Virus record (IMG/VR): IMGVR_UViG_3300042991_001118
Coordinates: 32,001 to 96,000 of that record
Length of the DNA: 64,000 bases
Reading direction: 5' to 3' (one strand)
Origin: a virus
A program made the position numbers and the translations under genes. How positions within the stretch are numbered: position 1 is the first letter of the stretch; each line of letters begins with the position of its first letter. Shown piece by piece: positions 9,118-18,526 of this stretch. The notes under the pieces are model-generated. The model worked only from the letters and a program-made list of their open reading frames with translations. It was not told the DNA's origin and did not search any database.

Positions 9118-11197
9118 CTAACTCCTGCATTTTCTCTCGCGCTTTCTTAGCGGATCCGCAGCCTCGTATCCTCGCGACGTATAGTGTCCTTGGTTTAATC
9201 CTAGAGAGTCCTTTTTTCTTTGCGAAGTCTATGATTGCGTTCTGTTCGACTTCCTCCGGGCTTTTCTTTGAAAGTCCTCTAGCCTTTTCATTGTGGCTTT
9301 CAAAGTACTGGGAAAATTCAATAGCCTTCTGGATGATTTGAACGTCGCATATCTTTGCGTCGTGCAGCAGGCAAAGGCATAGTGCAATGCGAAGGCAATG
9401 GGCCGGCATCTTTGACCAGAAGTCGCCTTCTTTTCCGTTGCACGCGTCGTAGTACTGTCCGAACACGGCCTCGGCTTCATCCGACATGATGATTCTTGGC
9501 GATTCCGTTTTGCAACATTCGTAGATGCTTCGGAGTTTGTCCTTGGCTTTTTCTCGGATCTCCGAATCAATTTTTTCGGAGTCCCATTTTCTTTGCATTG
9601 CTTCTGGATAGCAGCATACCAGACGGTCAAAGAATCCGTCATTGGCGTTCCCAGATAGCAGGGGAAGTTTGTCTGGAACGATTCCTCCGAGGATGGATAG
9701 GTGTGGGCTTCTAATAAAGATTGCGGGCTTTCCCTTCCTATCGATTTTCGCGAAGGTTCCAGACCAGGCAGACAAGTAGAATTCCTTGTCCGCACCTTTA
9801 CCTGCCCTGTACTGGTCCATGGAGTTTATCCAGGACGACAATTCATCCCGCATTAACAGGAGAGATGGGTTCCCATTAAGAATAGGACCCAAACTTTCCG
9901 TCGTCGCGTCCGTCGTGAGGAGGGTTTTGTCGCAAATTTCTTTAGGCGGTTCAGGTCGCTCTGTATCCGGGGATCCTTTTTTCGCGTTTTTCTTCCACTC
10001 TGCCAGGGCTTCCCGATACTCTTCCTTTTCCACCTCGAATTCATTCCGATTCGCCTCGTTTTCACCACGGAGTTCCTCCTCGATTTCAAAGACGACACCT
10101 AGCGTCTTTTCCATCGCCGGGGTTTTCCCGCTTCCTGGCGATCCGATTAACGCTGAGTACATTATCGCCTTGGTTGACCAGTCCTTGGATGGGATCGTTA
10201 TCGTAGCGTTCCCTGAGAGCAGGGAAACTGCGGACAATAAGGAAACCCCTGGGTAATCGATATTCGTCGAGAGATTTCCAGAGATGTTTTTCACGTATTT
10301 CTGGAACAGTTCCGGCAGTACATGTGTCGGAAATGGCTTTACCTTCACGTCCTCTCCTATGGACGCTTCTTTCCTGACCTCTTCCAGTATTTTCCCAAAC
10401 CTATCGCAGAATGTATCAGGACTTTGCACGTAAAAATCAGACGCGTCCTTCACAGGGAGTGTGACGACGTGCAGATTCCTATGCCATCCCAAAACCTTTA
10501 GGTGTTTCTTTAGACCAGATTCCATGGTATCCCCACCCTGGTCTGGGTCCTTCAAGAGGTATATCGTCTTTGCATGTTCCACCTGTGGGTAGTTCAATTT
10601 CGCGAACATCGAAGCCCCTGGTATCCCTAAAGCTGGGTATCCATTCAACCAGAGCGTCCAGCAGTTCGATTCGCCCTCACATATAATCAGTTCCGTGGCG
10701 CATTTATTCATCTCTAGCCATTGCCCATATACTCCGATGGGTAGGTCTCTTGTTCTTCCAGTCGTATCCCATCGCGAACCACTAGAACTTATACCTTTCC
10801 GGATTCTGTTCCGGAGTGCGTTTTTTCCATTCCCATCCAGATACGGGATGCATATACCATCTTCTTCGTTATAAACTCCCAACCCCTGGAGAAATTTCAA
10901 TGGAATGAATTTTTTCTTTGCCAGTTCTTCTGCGGTCGGGACGCATTTTACTTCCGAGTAAGTTTTTGTTTGTGTCGTGCTCGTCGGTCTCATATCTCCC
11001 CCGGTCAACCCCATAGACTTCACAATATCTTCAAAACTGCAACCTGCTTTGCAATTGAGCAGGATTTTACTTTCTTTCCCTTCCCCAATTACCAGGGAGT
11101 TATGCTTATCATCATGGCATGGGCATTTGGACGTGTACCCACCCGTCGTTAATCTTCGGACTCCATTTAATTTTTTCAGAACTTCTGTGATTTCCAT
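9038..11197 (-). CDS. primase-helicase replication protein (Zn-binding + TOPRIM + DUF3987/YfjI-like P-loop)
   Basis: KCPCHDD...NCKAGC; IICEGE..ALGIPG..DPDQGG..KDASD; GSPGSGKTP, DATTESL, RDEL, GFFDR. Confidence 0.88.
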   Translation of the reverse strand: MEITEVLKKLNGVRRLTTGGYTSKCPCHDDKHNSLVIGEGKESKILLNCKAGCSFEDIVKSMGLTGGDMRPTSTTQTKTYSEVKCVPTAEELAKKKFIPLKFLQGLGVYNEEDGICIPYLDGNGKNALRNRIRKGISSSGSRWDTTGRTRDLPIGVYGQWLEMNKCATELIICEGESNCWTLWLNGYPALGIPGASMFAKLNYPQVEHAKTIYLLKDPDQGGDTMESGLKKHLKVLGWHRNLHVVTLPVKDASDFYVQSPDTFCDRFGKILEEVRKEASIGEDVKVKPFPTHVLPELFQKYVKNISGNLSTNIDYPGVSLLSAVSLLSGNATITIPSKDWSTKAIMYSALIGSPGSGKTPAMEKTLGVVFEIEEELRGENEANRNEFEVEKEEYREALAEWKKNAKKGSPDTERPEPPKEICDKTLLTTDATTESLGPILNGNPSLLLMRDELSSWINSMDQYRAGKGADKEFYLSAWSGTFAKIDRKGKPAIFIRSPHLSILGGIVPDKLPLLSGNANDGFFDRLVCCYPEAMQRKWDSEKIDSEIREKAKDKLRSIYECCKTESPRIIMSDEAEAVFGQYYDACNGKEGDFWSKMPAHCLRIALCLCLLHDAKICDVQIIQKAIEFSQYFESHNEKARGLSKKSPEEVEQNAIIDFAKKKGLSRIKPRTLYVARIRGCGSAKKAREKMQELVDLDMAFWVIDGKEIEILDTGNPGTT

Positions 11198-11216
11198 TGG
11201 AAATTCCTTTATCTCC

Positions 11217-11305
11217 TTGACACTACACGATAAATGTCGTATAATGTCATCGTAATAGACGCTTTAGTATAGTAACCCAGGGTATACACACCCTGGGTTT
11301 ATTTT
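11217..11305 (+). ncRNA. putative antisense RNA (about 55 nt) with its promoter and terminator
   Basis: Perfect TTGACA(11217)-N17-TATAAT(11240); hairpin AACCCAGGGT/ACCCTGGGTT at 11274-11299 followed by a T-tract; antisense to the primase leader. Confidence 0.6.
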
Positions 11306-11313
11306 CCTTCTGT

Positions 11314-11565
11314 CTATACCATAGTCCATAACGAATCCCCAAGCAAATCCATTTCCAAAAACTTTACAAGCCTTAGCAGAGCCAGTCCAGATGGCTCTCT
11401 ATTTCCATTCTCCCAATTACTCAAGTGGTTGGCACTATAGCCAACAGCCTTGGCAACATCCGATATTAACAGCCCTTTTTTTACCCTGGACTTCCGAATC
11501 AGCAAGCCAAGCTGCTTTTTATCCTCTTCTTTTCTTTTCCCGATAACTTTGATCGACTTTCTCAT
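11314..11565 (-). CDS. XRE/Cro-CI family HTH regulator
   Basis: LGLLIRKSRVKKGLLISDVAKAVGYSANHLSNWENGNREP. Confidence 0.88.
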   Translation of the reverse strand: MRKSIKVIGKRKEEDKKQLGLLIRKSRVKKGLLISDVAKAVGYSANHLSNWENGNREPSGLALLRLVKFLEMDLLGDSLWTMV

Positions 11566-11610
11566 TTCTATTCTCCAAAAATAAAACTTCTGTAACCCTT
11601 AATTTCCTTG

Positions 11611-11639
11611 ATTATATCTCTCATTTTGAGATTGGTCAA
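11611..11639 (-). promoter_or_regulatory. sigma70-type promoter of the HTH-primase operon
   Basis: TTGACC-N17-TATAAT; spacer overlaps an ATCTC..GAGAT dyad. Confidence 0.65.
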
Positions 11640-11715
11640 GATAAATTTAGGAATTATTTTGTTTTTTTTGCGGGTTTGATTAGTTCTTAGGATTTATGGG
11701 GGTTCGTGAGAGGGG

Positions 11716-11818
11716 GAAAAAGCACGCAGCAAAGGAGAAAATGGACATTATTATTGAGAGAGTTATGTTGGGACATGAAGGTATTCGATTCATGTCAGGA
11801 GATGATTGCTGCGTGCTT
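11716..11818 (-). terminator. large-loop stem with U-tract (terminator or sRNA)
   Basis: 13-bp IR AAGCACGCAGCAA at 11720-11732 / 11806-11818 with an internal GACATGAA/TTCATGTC hairpin. Confidence 0.5.
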
Positions 11819-11832
11819 GTAATTTTAGTCTG

Positions 11833-12408
11833 CTAATCCGAGTAGTCAACCTTATCGGAATCCATATAATCTTTGGCTTTAGCCCAGTATTCTATGTTAT
11901 ATTCCAAAACGTCTGGTTTTTTGAACCAGGCTTCTTTTATTTTAGATTCCGAATCCGCATCTAAAACGTTGTGATTTTTGTATAATGTCAGGATTTCATT
12001 TCCAGCCTTTTTGTATATCGCATCCAGCTTCGCTGCATATTTTTCATAGATGTCGTCTTCGTATTCCCCGAATATTTTCCGATATTTCCCGCCTTTTTGT
12101 GCCGAAGCAGCCTCTTTCTTAGCCTTCTCTTTAGCCGAACTAATTTCATCCTGTACCGAATTGATAATTTTCCACTTTTCCTCTTGGAATACTTCCTGAA
12201 TTTTTTCTATATCAGGACGTATCGCTTTCAGGATTTTTTCCTTTGAATTTGCTTCTTTTCTATCCTTTGCCGCAGCCTCTTTCTTTGCCTTCGCAGCCTG
12301 TTCTTTATCGTATGCGGCCTTGTACTTCTTGATGTCTTCTGGGCTATCTGCTTCATCCAGACGATGTGTTCCGAGAATCCTAGCGATTTCTTCATCTTTC
12401 CTCAGCAT
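11833..12408 (-). CDS. charged helical protein, paralogue 1 (putative internal head protein)
   Basis: N-terminal MLRKDEEIARILGTHRLDE; shares AKEKAKKEA..QxGGKxYRKIF with its neighbour. Confidence 0.7.
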   Translation of the reverse strand: MLRKDEEIARILGTHRLDEADSPEDIKKYKAAYDKEQAAKAKKEAAAKDRKEANSKEKILKAIRPDIEKIQEVFQEEKWKIINSVQDEISSAKEKAKKEAASAQKGGKYRKIFGEYEDDIYEKYAAKLDAIYKKAGNEILTLYKNHNVLDADSESKIKEAWFKKPDVLEYNIEYWAKAKDYMDSDKVDYSD

Positions 12409-12417
12409 TTTCGTCTC

Positions 12418-12969
12418 CTATTGTCCTGTCATATTTTTCCTATTGATAGCTTCTGCCCAACGTTCTAATTTGGATTTTAGAATGTCTTCTGTTAGGAACC
12501 AGGTACTTTTTATCTTGTCTTCCATTTCTTTACTTAAGGCGTTATTTTTTTTATATAGTGAAAGCATCTCAGTCCCAGCTTGTCTATATGCGTCTTCTAA
12601 TTTGGGGAGGTATTCCTTGAAGAGAATCTCTATATATTCCATAAATATTTTTCGATATTTTTTTCCCCCTTGGGATACTTCGGCTTCTTTCTTGGCTTTT
12701 TCTTTTGCCAAGATTTTACGATTAGCAAATTCTTCAATTATGGAATACCTATTTTTTTTAAATTTATTTTCTATCTCTTTTTTTTCTATAGATTTATCAA
12801 CTTTACTTTTTGCTATTTGGTTTCTCAGTTGATGCGATCTTGATAGTATGCTTTTTGTTACAGAAGATTCAAAATCTTTGTCTTCTGTTTCGGCAGCTTC
12901 GTCCATATCGGATTCGTCCAGACGATGTGTTCCGAGAATCCTAGCGATTTCTTCATCTTGCCTCAGCAT
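12418..12969 (-). CDS. charged helical protein, paralogue 2 (putative internal head protein)
   Basis: N-terminal MLRQDEEIARILGTHRLDE. Confidence 0.7.
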   Translation of the reverse strand: MLRQDEEIARILGTHRLDESDMDEAAETEDKDFESSVTKSILSRSHQLRNQIAKSKVDKSIEKKEIENKFKKNRYSIIEEFANRKILAKEKAKKEAEVSQGGKKYRKIFMEYIEILFKEYLPKLEDAYRQAGTEMLSLYKKNNALSKEMEDKIKSTWFLTEDILKSKLERWAEAINRKNMTGQ

Positions 12970-13538
12970 TTTCGTCTCCTATTGTCCTTTAATATCTCCT
13001 GATATCTCTTGTAATATCCCTCTTTGCATTTATCGCACACATTGATGTAGTGGTCGCCCACTCTCTCAATTGTGCTCCCATCATTTGCGCTGTAATAGAC
13101 ATGTTTATCATTTCCACATGGGCAGGGGTTCATAGAGGAGAGCAAGTGGCATGTTGATACGGGGGCGATCCTCTCCCAGATTTGGAAGGGTCTATAATGA
13201 TCATAGAAGTCGAAATAGATTCCGGACAATATGCATTTTGTCCTGGTGGAATCAGCCGTTTTCAATGTGTCGAGCAGGACATGTTCATTTTTAAACACGG
13301 CATACAGATGTACCTCATCGAAAATGACGAGGTCATAATTTCCGATATCTACGGCTTCCTGTAGTCGTAGCACTCCGGGTAAGATATTTGAGATATCCCG
13401 TTTACTATTTCTTGTGTTTCCCGGATGATCGAATACCTCCACTTTCTTTTTCAAAGACACCGCGTTATCGAAGGCTATTTTTAGCCTTGTAGTCTTTCCA
13501 GACATCCAAGGACCAACGAGGCATTCACATTCAAGCAT
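12963..13538 (-). CDS. tdk: thymidine kinase-like protein
   Basis: GPWMSGKTT P-loop, FDEVH, GIYFDF..PF, C-terminal CPCG...VCDKC Zn site. Confidence 0.75.
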   Translation of the reverse strand: MLECECLVGPWMSGKTTRLKIAFDNAVSLKKKVEVFDHPGNTRNSKRDISNILPGVLRLQEAVDIGNYDLVIFDEVHLYAVFKNEHVLLDTLKTADSTRTKCILSGIYFDFYDHYRPFQIWERIAPVSTCHLLSSMNPCPCGNDKHVYYSANDGSTIERVGDHYINVCDKCKEGYYKRYQEILKDNRRRKC

Positions 13539-13554
13539 AAAAATACTCCATAAC

Positions 13555-13627
13555 TTGGGACATGGACTCCATACCTTTGGACATGGACTCCATACCTTTG
13601 GACATGGACTCCATACCTTTTGGACAT
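13555..13627. repeat. 21-bp intergenic tandem repeat, about 3.3 copies
   Basis: GGACATGGACTCCATACCTTT. Confidence 0.9.
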
Positions 13628-14443
13628 TTATTTTTCATTATAGCGTTCTCTTAGTTTTTTTTCCACAATATTGTAGTATTCCGCCTCGATTTCTATCCCG
13701 AAGGCATCCCGACCTAAATCTATTGCGGCGTATAAAGAGGTTCCGGATCCCATGAATGGGTCTAATATGGAATCGCCTTCACGTGTAAACAGTTTAATGA
13801 ACCACTCAGGCAGAGCGTACGGGAATGTGGCGCAATGATTTTTATTTCCGCATTCCGTCGAGATGTGTAGGACGTTTGTTGGATACACCAGGGTTTTATC
13901 TTTCCAGTTGGAGATATTCTTTCCAAATCCGCTTCCAACAGAAGATTCTTGGCGTTGCATATCCTTTGCACTAAGGGTTTTCAACCTAGATTTAGACCAA
14001 GAACCTATTTGGACTTTAACTGCGTCTTGATACATCGCGAATTTCTTGTTTTTATTGAATTGGAGCACCCTTTCCCATGCATCTCGGAACCTGTTAGGCC
14101 ATTTCCCAGGGAAGCTATTCTTTTTATGCCAAATAAATTCCTCTGTCCATCTCCATCCCTGCTGTTTCAATGCGAGGATTAGCTCTAAAACGTATGTGCT
14201 TCGTTCACCCTGGACGACGTTTTCCTTGATGTTCAGGATGAACGTGCCATCCATTCGCAAAACTCTAAAGAGTTCCTTCGAGATTGGCAGAAACCAATCG
14301 ATGTATTCCCCGTGGTGTATCCCAGGATATCTGGATTTCCGTTGCATTGCATATGGTGGAGACGTAATGATGAGGTTGACTGAGTTGTCTGGAAAATTTT
14401 TTAGAACTTCCAGACAATCACCATGGTAAATTTTATGTCTCAT
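13628..14443 (-). CDS. N4-cytosine/N6-adenine DNA methyltransferase (beta class)
   Basis: TSPPY; H.A.FP; LDPFMGSGT. Confidence 0.92.
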   Translation of the reverse strand: MRHKIYHGDCLEVLKNFPDNSVNLIITSPPYAMQRKSRYPGIHHGEYIDWFLPISKELFRVLRMDGTFILNIKENVVQGERSTYVLELILALKQQGWRWTEEFIWHKKNSFPGKWPNRFRDAWERVLQFNKNKKFAMYQDAVKVQIGSWSKSRLKTLSAKDMQRQESSVGSGFGKNISNWKDKTLVYPTNVLHISTECGNKNHCATFPYALPEWFIKLFTREGDSILDPFMGSGTSLYAAIDLGRDAFGIEIEAEYYNIVEKKLRERYNEK

Positions 14444-14903
14444 TTCGTTTCACTGCCCAATCTTTCACGAGTTGATTTAGCTTTTCTAATGCTTGGTCTG
14501 GGTGTATAAACTTCCATTTAGACGAAACCAATCTATCGCCATCTATCGCTGTGAGCATTTCTAGTTCCGATAATCCGCCTCTTCTGTCGAGTTCTTCTAG
14601 GGTTTGCCCGTGATTATTTTGGATTTCCTTCTCGTATTGCTTCGCAAATTCCCAAGGGATGGATAATTTTGAACGGGAATAATTAGAAGATTGAATATTG
14701 AATCTCTTCCCTGTGAGATTCTTGGCATTGATAACCACACACATTTCTGGAACTTTCTCTTTGCACCATGCTAGAACTTCTTCTCGGCATGTTTCGTCTA
14801 TGATTTCAATTTCTAGAGTTGGCTTCATCTTAATCTTTGCTGCAATCACCCCACGTTTATTCAAGACATTGTGGATAATTTGTAATTTAGCATCTTGCTC
14901 CAT
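14433..14903 (-). CDS. hypothetical phage protein
   Basis: IPW...NHGQTLEELDRRGGLS; coupled to neighbours. Confidence 0.65.
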   Translation of the reverse strand: MEQDAKLQIIHNVLNKRGVIAAKIKMKPTLEIEIIDETCREEVLAWCKEKVPEMCVVINAKNLTGKRFNIQSSNYSRSKLSIPWEFAKQYEKEIQNNHGQTLEELDRRGGLSELEMLTAIDGDRLVSSKWKFIHPDQALEKLNQLVKDWAVKRNET

Positions 14904-14914
14904 TGTCCATTTCC

Positions 14915-15703
14915 TTAAAAATCGAACGTCAGTTGCATTATGAGTTTCTTCTCAGCAATGAGTCTCTTCACACTTCGCAGTTTAGGGAAGCTCTCTTCGT
15001 GCATTGTCTTGAATGCTTCGATGTCATAGCGGCTTCCACGGATAAGTCCAATCATCGCGAATGAATGCGAACGAAGCCAATCTTTTGTATAGTCCGTCAT
15101 GTACTGGGTATACTTGTTCTTCCGTCTCCAAAACGTCCCAGCACATCTCTCGGTCAATTCTTCATAGACCTGCTGCGGCATGCATTGGTACACATACCGT
15201 TGAATGAAATTCCCTATAATTGGCTGGAACTTTCCTGGAACACAATTTTCTTTTCCATACAGCTTTCCGACTTCTTTCCAGAGTTGCTTCGGGATGACAC
15301 CTTTTTGGAGTTCTCCTGGGCATGGTAGCAGGCACGAATCGATGAGTTCCTTTTCCAGCATTCTGTACCTGGCTTCCGCCTCTCGAGCCGCTTTCTCGAC
15401 ATCGATAAAGTACTGGCGTACCTCCCGACCCTTTTCCGAGCGTTCCAACATCGCGATGTGCTTCGCAATGTCCAGGGCGAGGATGTATTCATTCATAGGT
15501 CTACCGCCAACAGGGTTTTCGCCAGATTTGGCGAAAACTGTAAAGTCTTTATCTTTAACAGCTTGTGAATCCTCTAATCTTTGTTTTATCCAGTTTGAAA
15601 AGTCTCGTTTTACTTCCAACTTTTCATGCAATTCCCTCGCATCCACGGCATTTAATTTTTCTTTTCCGATTTCGACTTCGCTAATCTTGATGAGTTCCTT
15701 CAT
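14915..15703 (-). CDS. AntA/AntB antirepressor with a P63C-like C-terminus
   Basis: [36 protein letters not shown]; C-terminal RYVY..P..VYEEL. Confidence 0.82.
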   Translation of the reverse strand: MKELIKISEVEIGKEKLNAVDARELHEKLEVKRDFSNWIKQRLEDSQAVKDKDFTVFAKSGENPVGGRPMNEYILALDIAKHIAMLERSEKGREVRQYFIDVEKAAREAEARYRMLEKELIDSCLLPCPGELQKGVIPKQLWKEVGKLYGKENCVPGKFQPIIGNFIQRYVYQCMPQQVYEELTERCAGTFWRRKNKYTQYMTDYTKDWLRSHSFAMIGLIRGSRYDIEAFKTMHEESFPKLRSVKRLIAEKKLIMQLTFDF

Positions 15704-15962
15704 TTTGTTCCCTTTCTGCTATTTGTTTTCCAAGAAAATTCCTTATCCAGACGATTTGTTTTGACCTTTTGGTTGGGCTATATTGGTATTGGAAATATGT
15801 ACCACCTCGTTCCCATTTCCCCCTCTCTTTCCTCTCTTGGTATTCTGCATCTTCTAAAATTTTGAGAAGGAAATCAATATACCATCGAGGAATTTGTATA
15901 GGAATTAGCTCGTTTTTATCTTTGATTAGACTTTTTAAATAGTCATTGATTTTGTCACACAT
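15681..15962 (-). CDS. hypothetical protein
   Basis: 93-aa ORF in the operon. Confidence 0.5.
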   Translation of the reverse strand: MCDKINDYLKSLIKDKNELIPIQIPRWYIDFLLKILEDAEYQERKERGKWERGGTYFQYQYSPTKRSKQIVWIRNFLGKQIAEREQNEGTHQD

Positions 15963-16145
15963 TTTTCGTTTCTTTCAAGAAAATAATTTTTCCACGGCAA
16001 TAATTGCACTCACAGTCGTAATTATGTACACATTCAGAATTGCAGCAATCTATTGCATCCTCTATTGCGTTATAGACATCACCACAAAGAGAGCATTTAT
16101 ATTTCATAGTTTTTATTGATGTTTTCTGTATCACTTTTATTTATC

Positions 16146-16712
16146 CTAATCTCCCGAAACATGAAGATTAGGGTCTTTATTTTCTAGACGTTGTTTTTCT
16201 GCAAGATAGATACAGCGTTTGTACCAGGGGTGCTTGCGGGGTACACCTAGTTTCTCTTTTTTCTTCTCACGACTCTTTCTTGCATATCCGTTTACTTTGT
16301 CTCTATTTTTCTCGCGCCATAGCCTTTGTAGTTCTCTCACCTTTTCCTTATTTTTCTCGCGCCACAGCCTTTGTTTTTCTCTCACCTTATCCCTGTGTTT
16401 TTCGCTCCATCGCTTTTGTGCTTTTTTTGCATATTCCTTTACCTTTTCCTTATTTTCCGCACACCATTTCTTGTTTTTTTCTCTTACCCTTTCCCTATTT
16501 TCCTTCTGCCATTTCTTAGCCCTTTCGCTTTCTTGTTTTCTATGTTTACTTTGCCATTTCTTGGTTCTTTCATTTTCTTGCTCCCTGTGTGCCTCTCGCC
16601 ATTTCTTTTGACACTCTCTTACTCTTTCCCTGTGTTCCTCTCTCCACCTCTTTTGATACTCCCTGTTTTTCTTTATTTTTTCCACGCTTTCATTTAAGAT
16701 TTCCTCAGACAT
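16146..16712 (-). CDS. basic helical repeat protein (15-aa WREKNxEK-type repeats)
   Basis: Repeated KxWREx(H/N)RE units; GAGGAG RBS. Confidence 0.65.
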   Translation of the reverse strand: MSEEILNESVEKIKKNREYQKRWREEHRERVRECQKKWREAHREQENERTKKWQSKHRKQESERAKKWQKENRERVREKNKKWCAENKEKVKEYAKKAQKRWSEKHRDKVREKQRLWREKNKEKVRELQRLWREKNRDKVNGYARKSREKKKEKLGVPRKHPWYKRCIYLAEKQRLENKDPNLHVSGD

Positions 16713-16725
16713 ACCTTATCTCCTC

Positions 16726-16977
16726 TTAGCATTGATTAGTTCTGTATCCATGAAGTAGAACGGACTCCAGACTTTCACCTCCTAGAAATTCTCCCACGAA
16801 ACAAGTTGCAACATCATGTGAAATGTACAGCATATTTTCCTTTGCGAAATCGTGGAGGTATTTTGTTTCGGCGTAGTGATACATTTTTTCTCTTTTCACA
16901 ACGACGTGGTCTTCAAAAAAGATTATCTCGTTACGAAGTATCCACGTTGTTTTTATCACGTTGTAAACTTTCTTCAT
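16726..16977 (-). CDS. hypothetical protein
   Basis: ATGA overlap with the upstream gene. Confidence 0.55.
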   Translation of the reverse strand: MKKVYNVIKTTWILRNEIIFFEDHVVVKREKMYHYAETKYLHDFAKENMLYISHDVATCFVGEFLGGESLESVLLHGYRTNQC

Positions 16978-17288
16978 ATTTTCCTTATCTCCTCTTCCAT
17001 TTCATGTATTGCTTGTCTCCAGCCTTCTCGGACATATTCAGGCAACCTAGTGTCCGTTGTTAGACGAAACAACGTTTCTTTAAGACCTGGTATCCGTTTC
17101 AACAAAGATAGAGACTTAGACATGTCTTGCGGGTCAAAGGGGGAATCCCGCCCTGGGAAGATTTTGTTGAATCCGCATAGCCAGAACAGTGTATTGCTTG
17201 ATGCCGAATGCCTTCCCTCAAATATATAGTCTATCGCATTGACTAGTTCTTCTCGTGTCAGATAAATCGAATCTGTTTTTTTACTCAT
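16974..17288 (-). CDS. hypothetical protein (true start likely MSKKTDS, after the repeat)
   Basis: P.D..D..KSL.LL..IP motif; the ORF-track N-terminus is a repeat artefact. Confidence 0.55.
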   Translation of the reverse strand: MSKKTDSIYLTREELVNAIDYIFEGRHSASSNTLFWLCGFNKIFPGRDSPFDPQDMSKSLSLLKRIPGLKETLFRLTTDTRLPEYVREGWRQAIHEMEEEIRKI

Positions 17289-17613
17289 CGTCATCGGAAC
17301 ACGCCTCCTCATCGTCATCGGAACACGCCTCCTCATCGTCATCGGAACACGCCTCCTCATCGTCATCGGAACACGCCTCCTCATCGTCATCGGCATAAGT
17401 ATCTTTATTGTAATGATATAGAAGCATTTGGATTACGTCTCCATACTGCTCTATACTTCCATCTTTCCATGTTTTGCCCTGGTCCATGCTGATTTTTACG
17501 ATATACTTCGCATCTCGAAAGCATATCGCAACGTATTCATTATCGGGAGTTTTTAGTTCCGCAATACAAATTTCTCCATCTATTTTTACAAAATTATCGT
17601 GAATTTTTAACAT
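17281..17613 (-). CDS. hypothetical protein with an acidic C-terminal ACSDDDEE tandem repeat
   Basis: 24-bp unit, about 4.4 copies, at 17286-17392. Confidence 0.6.
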   Translation of the reverse strand: MLKIHDNFVKIDGEICIAELKTPDNEYVAICFRDAKYIVKISMDQGKTWKDGSIEQYGDVIQMLLYHYNKDTYADDDEEACSDDDEEACSDDDEEACSDDDEEACSDDDE

Positions 17614-17854
17614 TTATTTCCCAATCTAACGAGAATTCTATGAGAGATATCTTAGAATATTTTTTCTCACAGTTTAGGCAAGTGAGTATGTCCTCATCTT
17701 GTCCTTTCAATATCCACCCACAGTGGGGACAGCAAAACATTTTAGTCTTAGGCAAATTATTTCCCTTCAAGATTTTTCTTTCTCGCCTTAAGCATCTCGT
17801 TAAGGCGGATGGCGTATTCGTATAAATTTTGTAAATATTCAGATTCCTTCCCAT
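17594..17854 (-). CDS. Zn-ribbon protein
   Basis: CPHCG...TCLNC. Confidence 0.55.
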   Translation of the reverse strand: MGRNLNIYKIYTNTPSALTRCLRRERKILKGNNLPKTKMFCCPHCGWILKGQDEDILTCLNCEKKYSKISLIEFSLDWEINVKNSR

Positions 17855-17883
17855 CTCCTACGGCATTTTCTATTTCTTCTGTG

Positions 17884-18396
17884 TCAATTGTTACTTTTAT
17901 CTTCAAGTTTGTCCTCCTTTTCATACTCTTTTACAAGATTTCGTACAAACTCTGCAAATCCAGGAGATTTGCCATCCCGTTTCTCCGCGAGATATCTGGA
18001 ATAGATTTTTCCGAAAAATTTTGATCTCCTCTCGTTGTATTCACAAGTTTCTCCTGTGTAGACAGGCTTAACTGTGGATATCATTATTTTCCCTCTTTCC
18101 CCATCAAATCCTTCCATCGCAGAGCGTATCGCTATGGATATTTCCTTTAGCGTTTTCTCCTCAGACTTTATAGGAGTTGACGATCGACCGCCCCAGGATA
18201 CCTCCGACACGATTATTTGAGAATTTTTCAGAACATTCTCTACGATTGCACGGATTTGTCTTTCTATTTCACCGTATTCATATGCTTGTTTTAATTCTTC
18301 CAATATATTATTCCCTCTCTTCTGGTGGCAATCCCATTTTTTTTCTCTTAGAAATTGGACATGTTTTACATTGGTTTTCTCCGGATGCACACCCAC
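17884..18396 (-). CDS. hypothetical protein (start uncertain)
   Basis: 170-aa ORF with phage-like composition. Confidence 0.45.
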   Translation of the reverse strand: MGVHPEKTNVKHVQFLREKKWDCHQKRGNNILEELKQAYEYGEIERQIRAIVENVLKNSQIIVSEVSWGGRSSTPIKSEEKTLKEISIAIRSAMEGFDGERGKIMISTVKPVYTGETCEYNERRSKFFGKIYSRYLAEKRDGKSPGFAEFVRNLVKEYEKEDKLEDKSNN

Positions 18397-18526
18397 AACA
18401 AAGTCTCCAACCTGATGCTGTGAGTCGTTTTATTTCTAGGAAAAAGGCTGTCCCGTCCGTTGGTGTCAAATTTTCCTGACGATATTTATCAATCATTTCC
18501 CTTCCTCCTACTTATCCTTCGTTATT

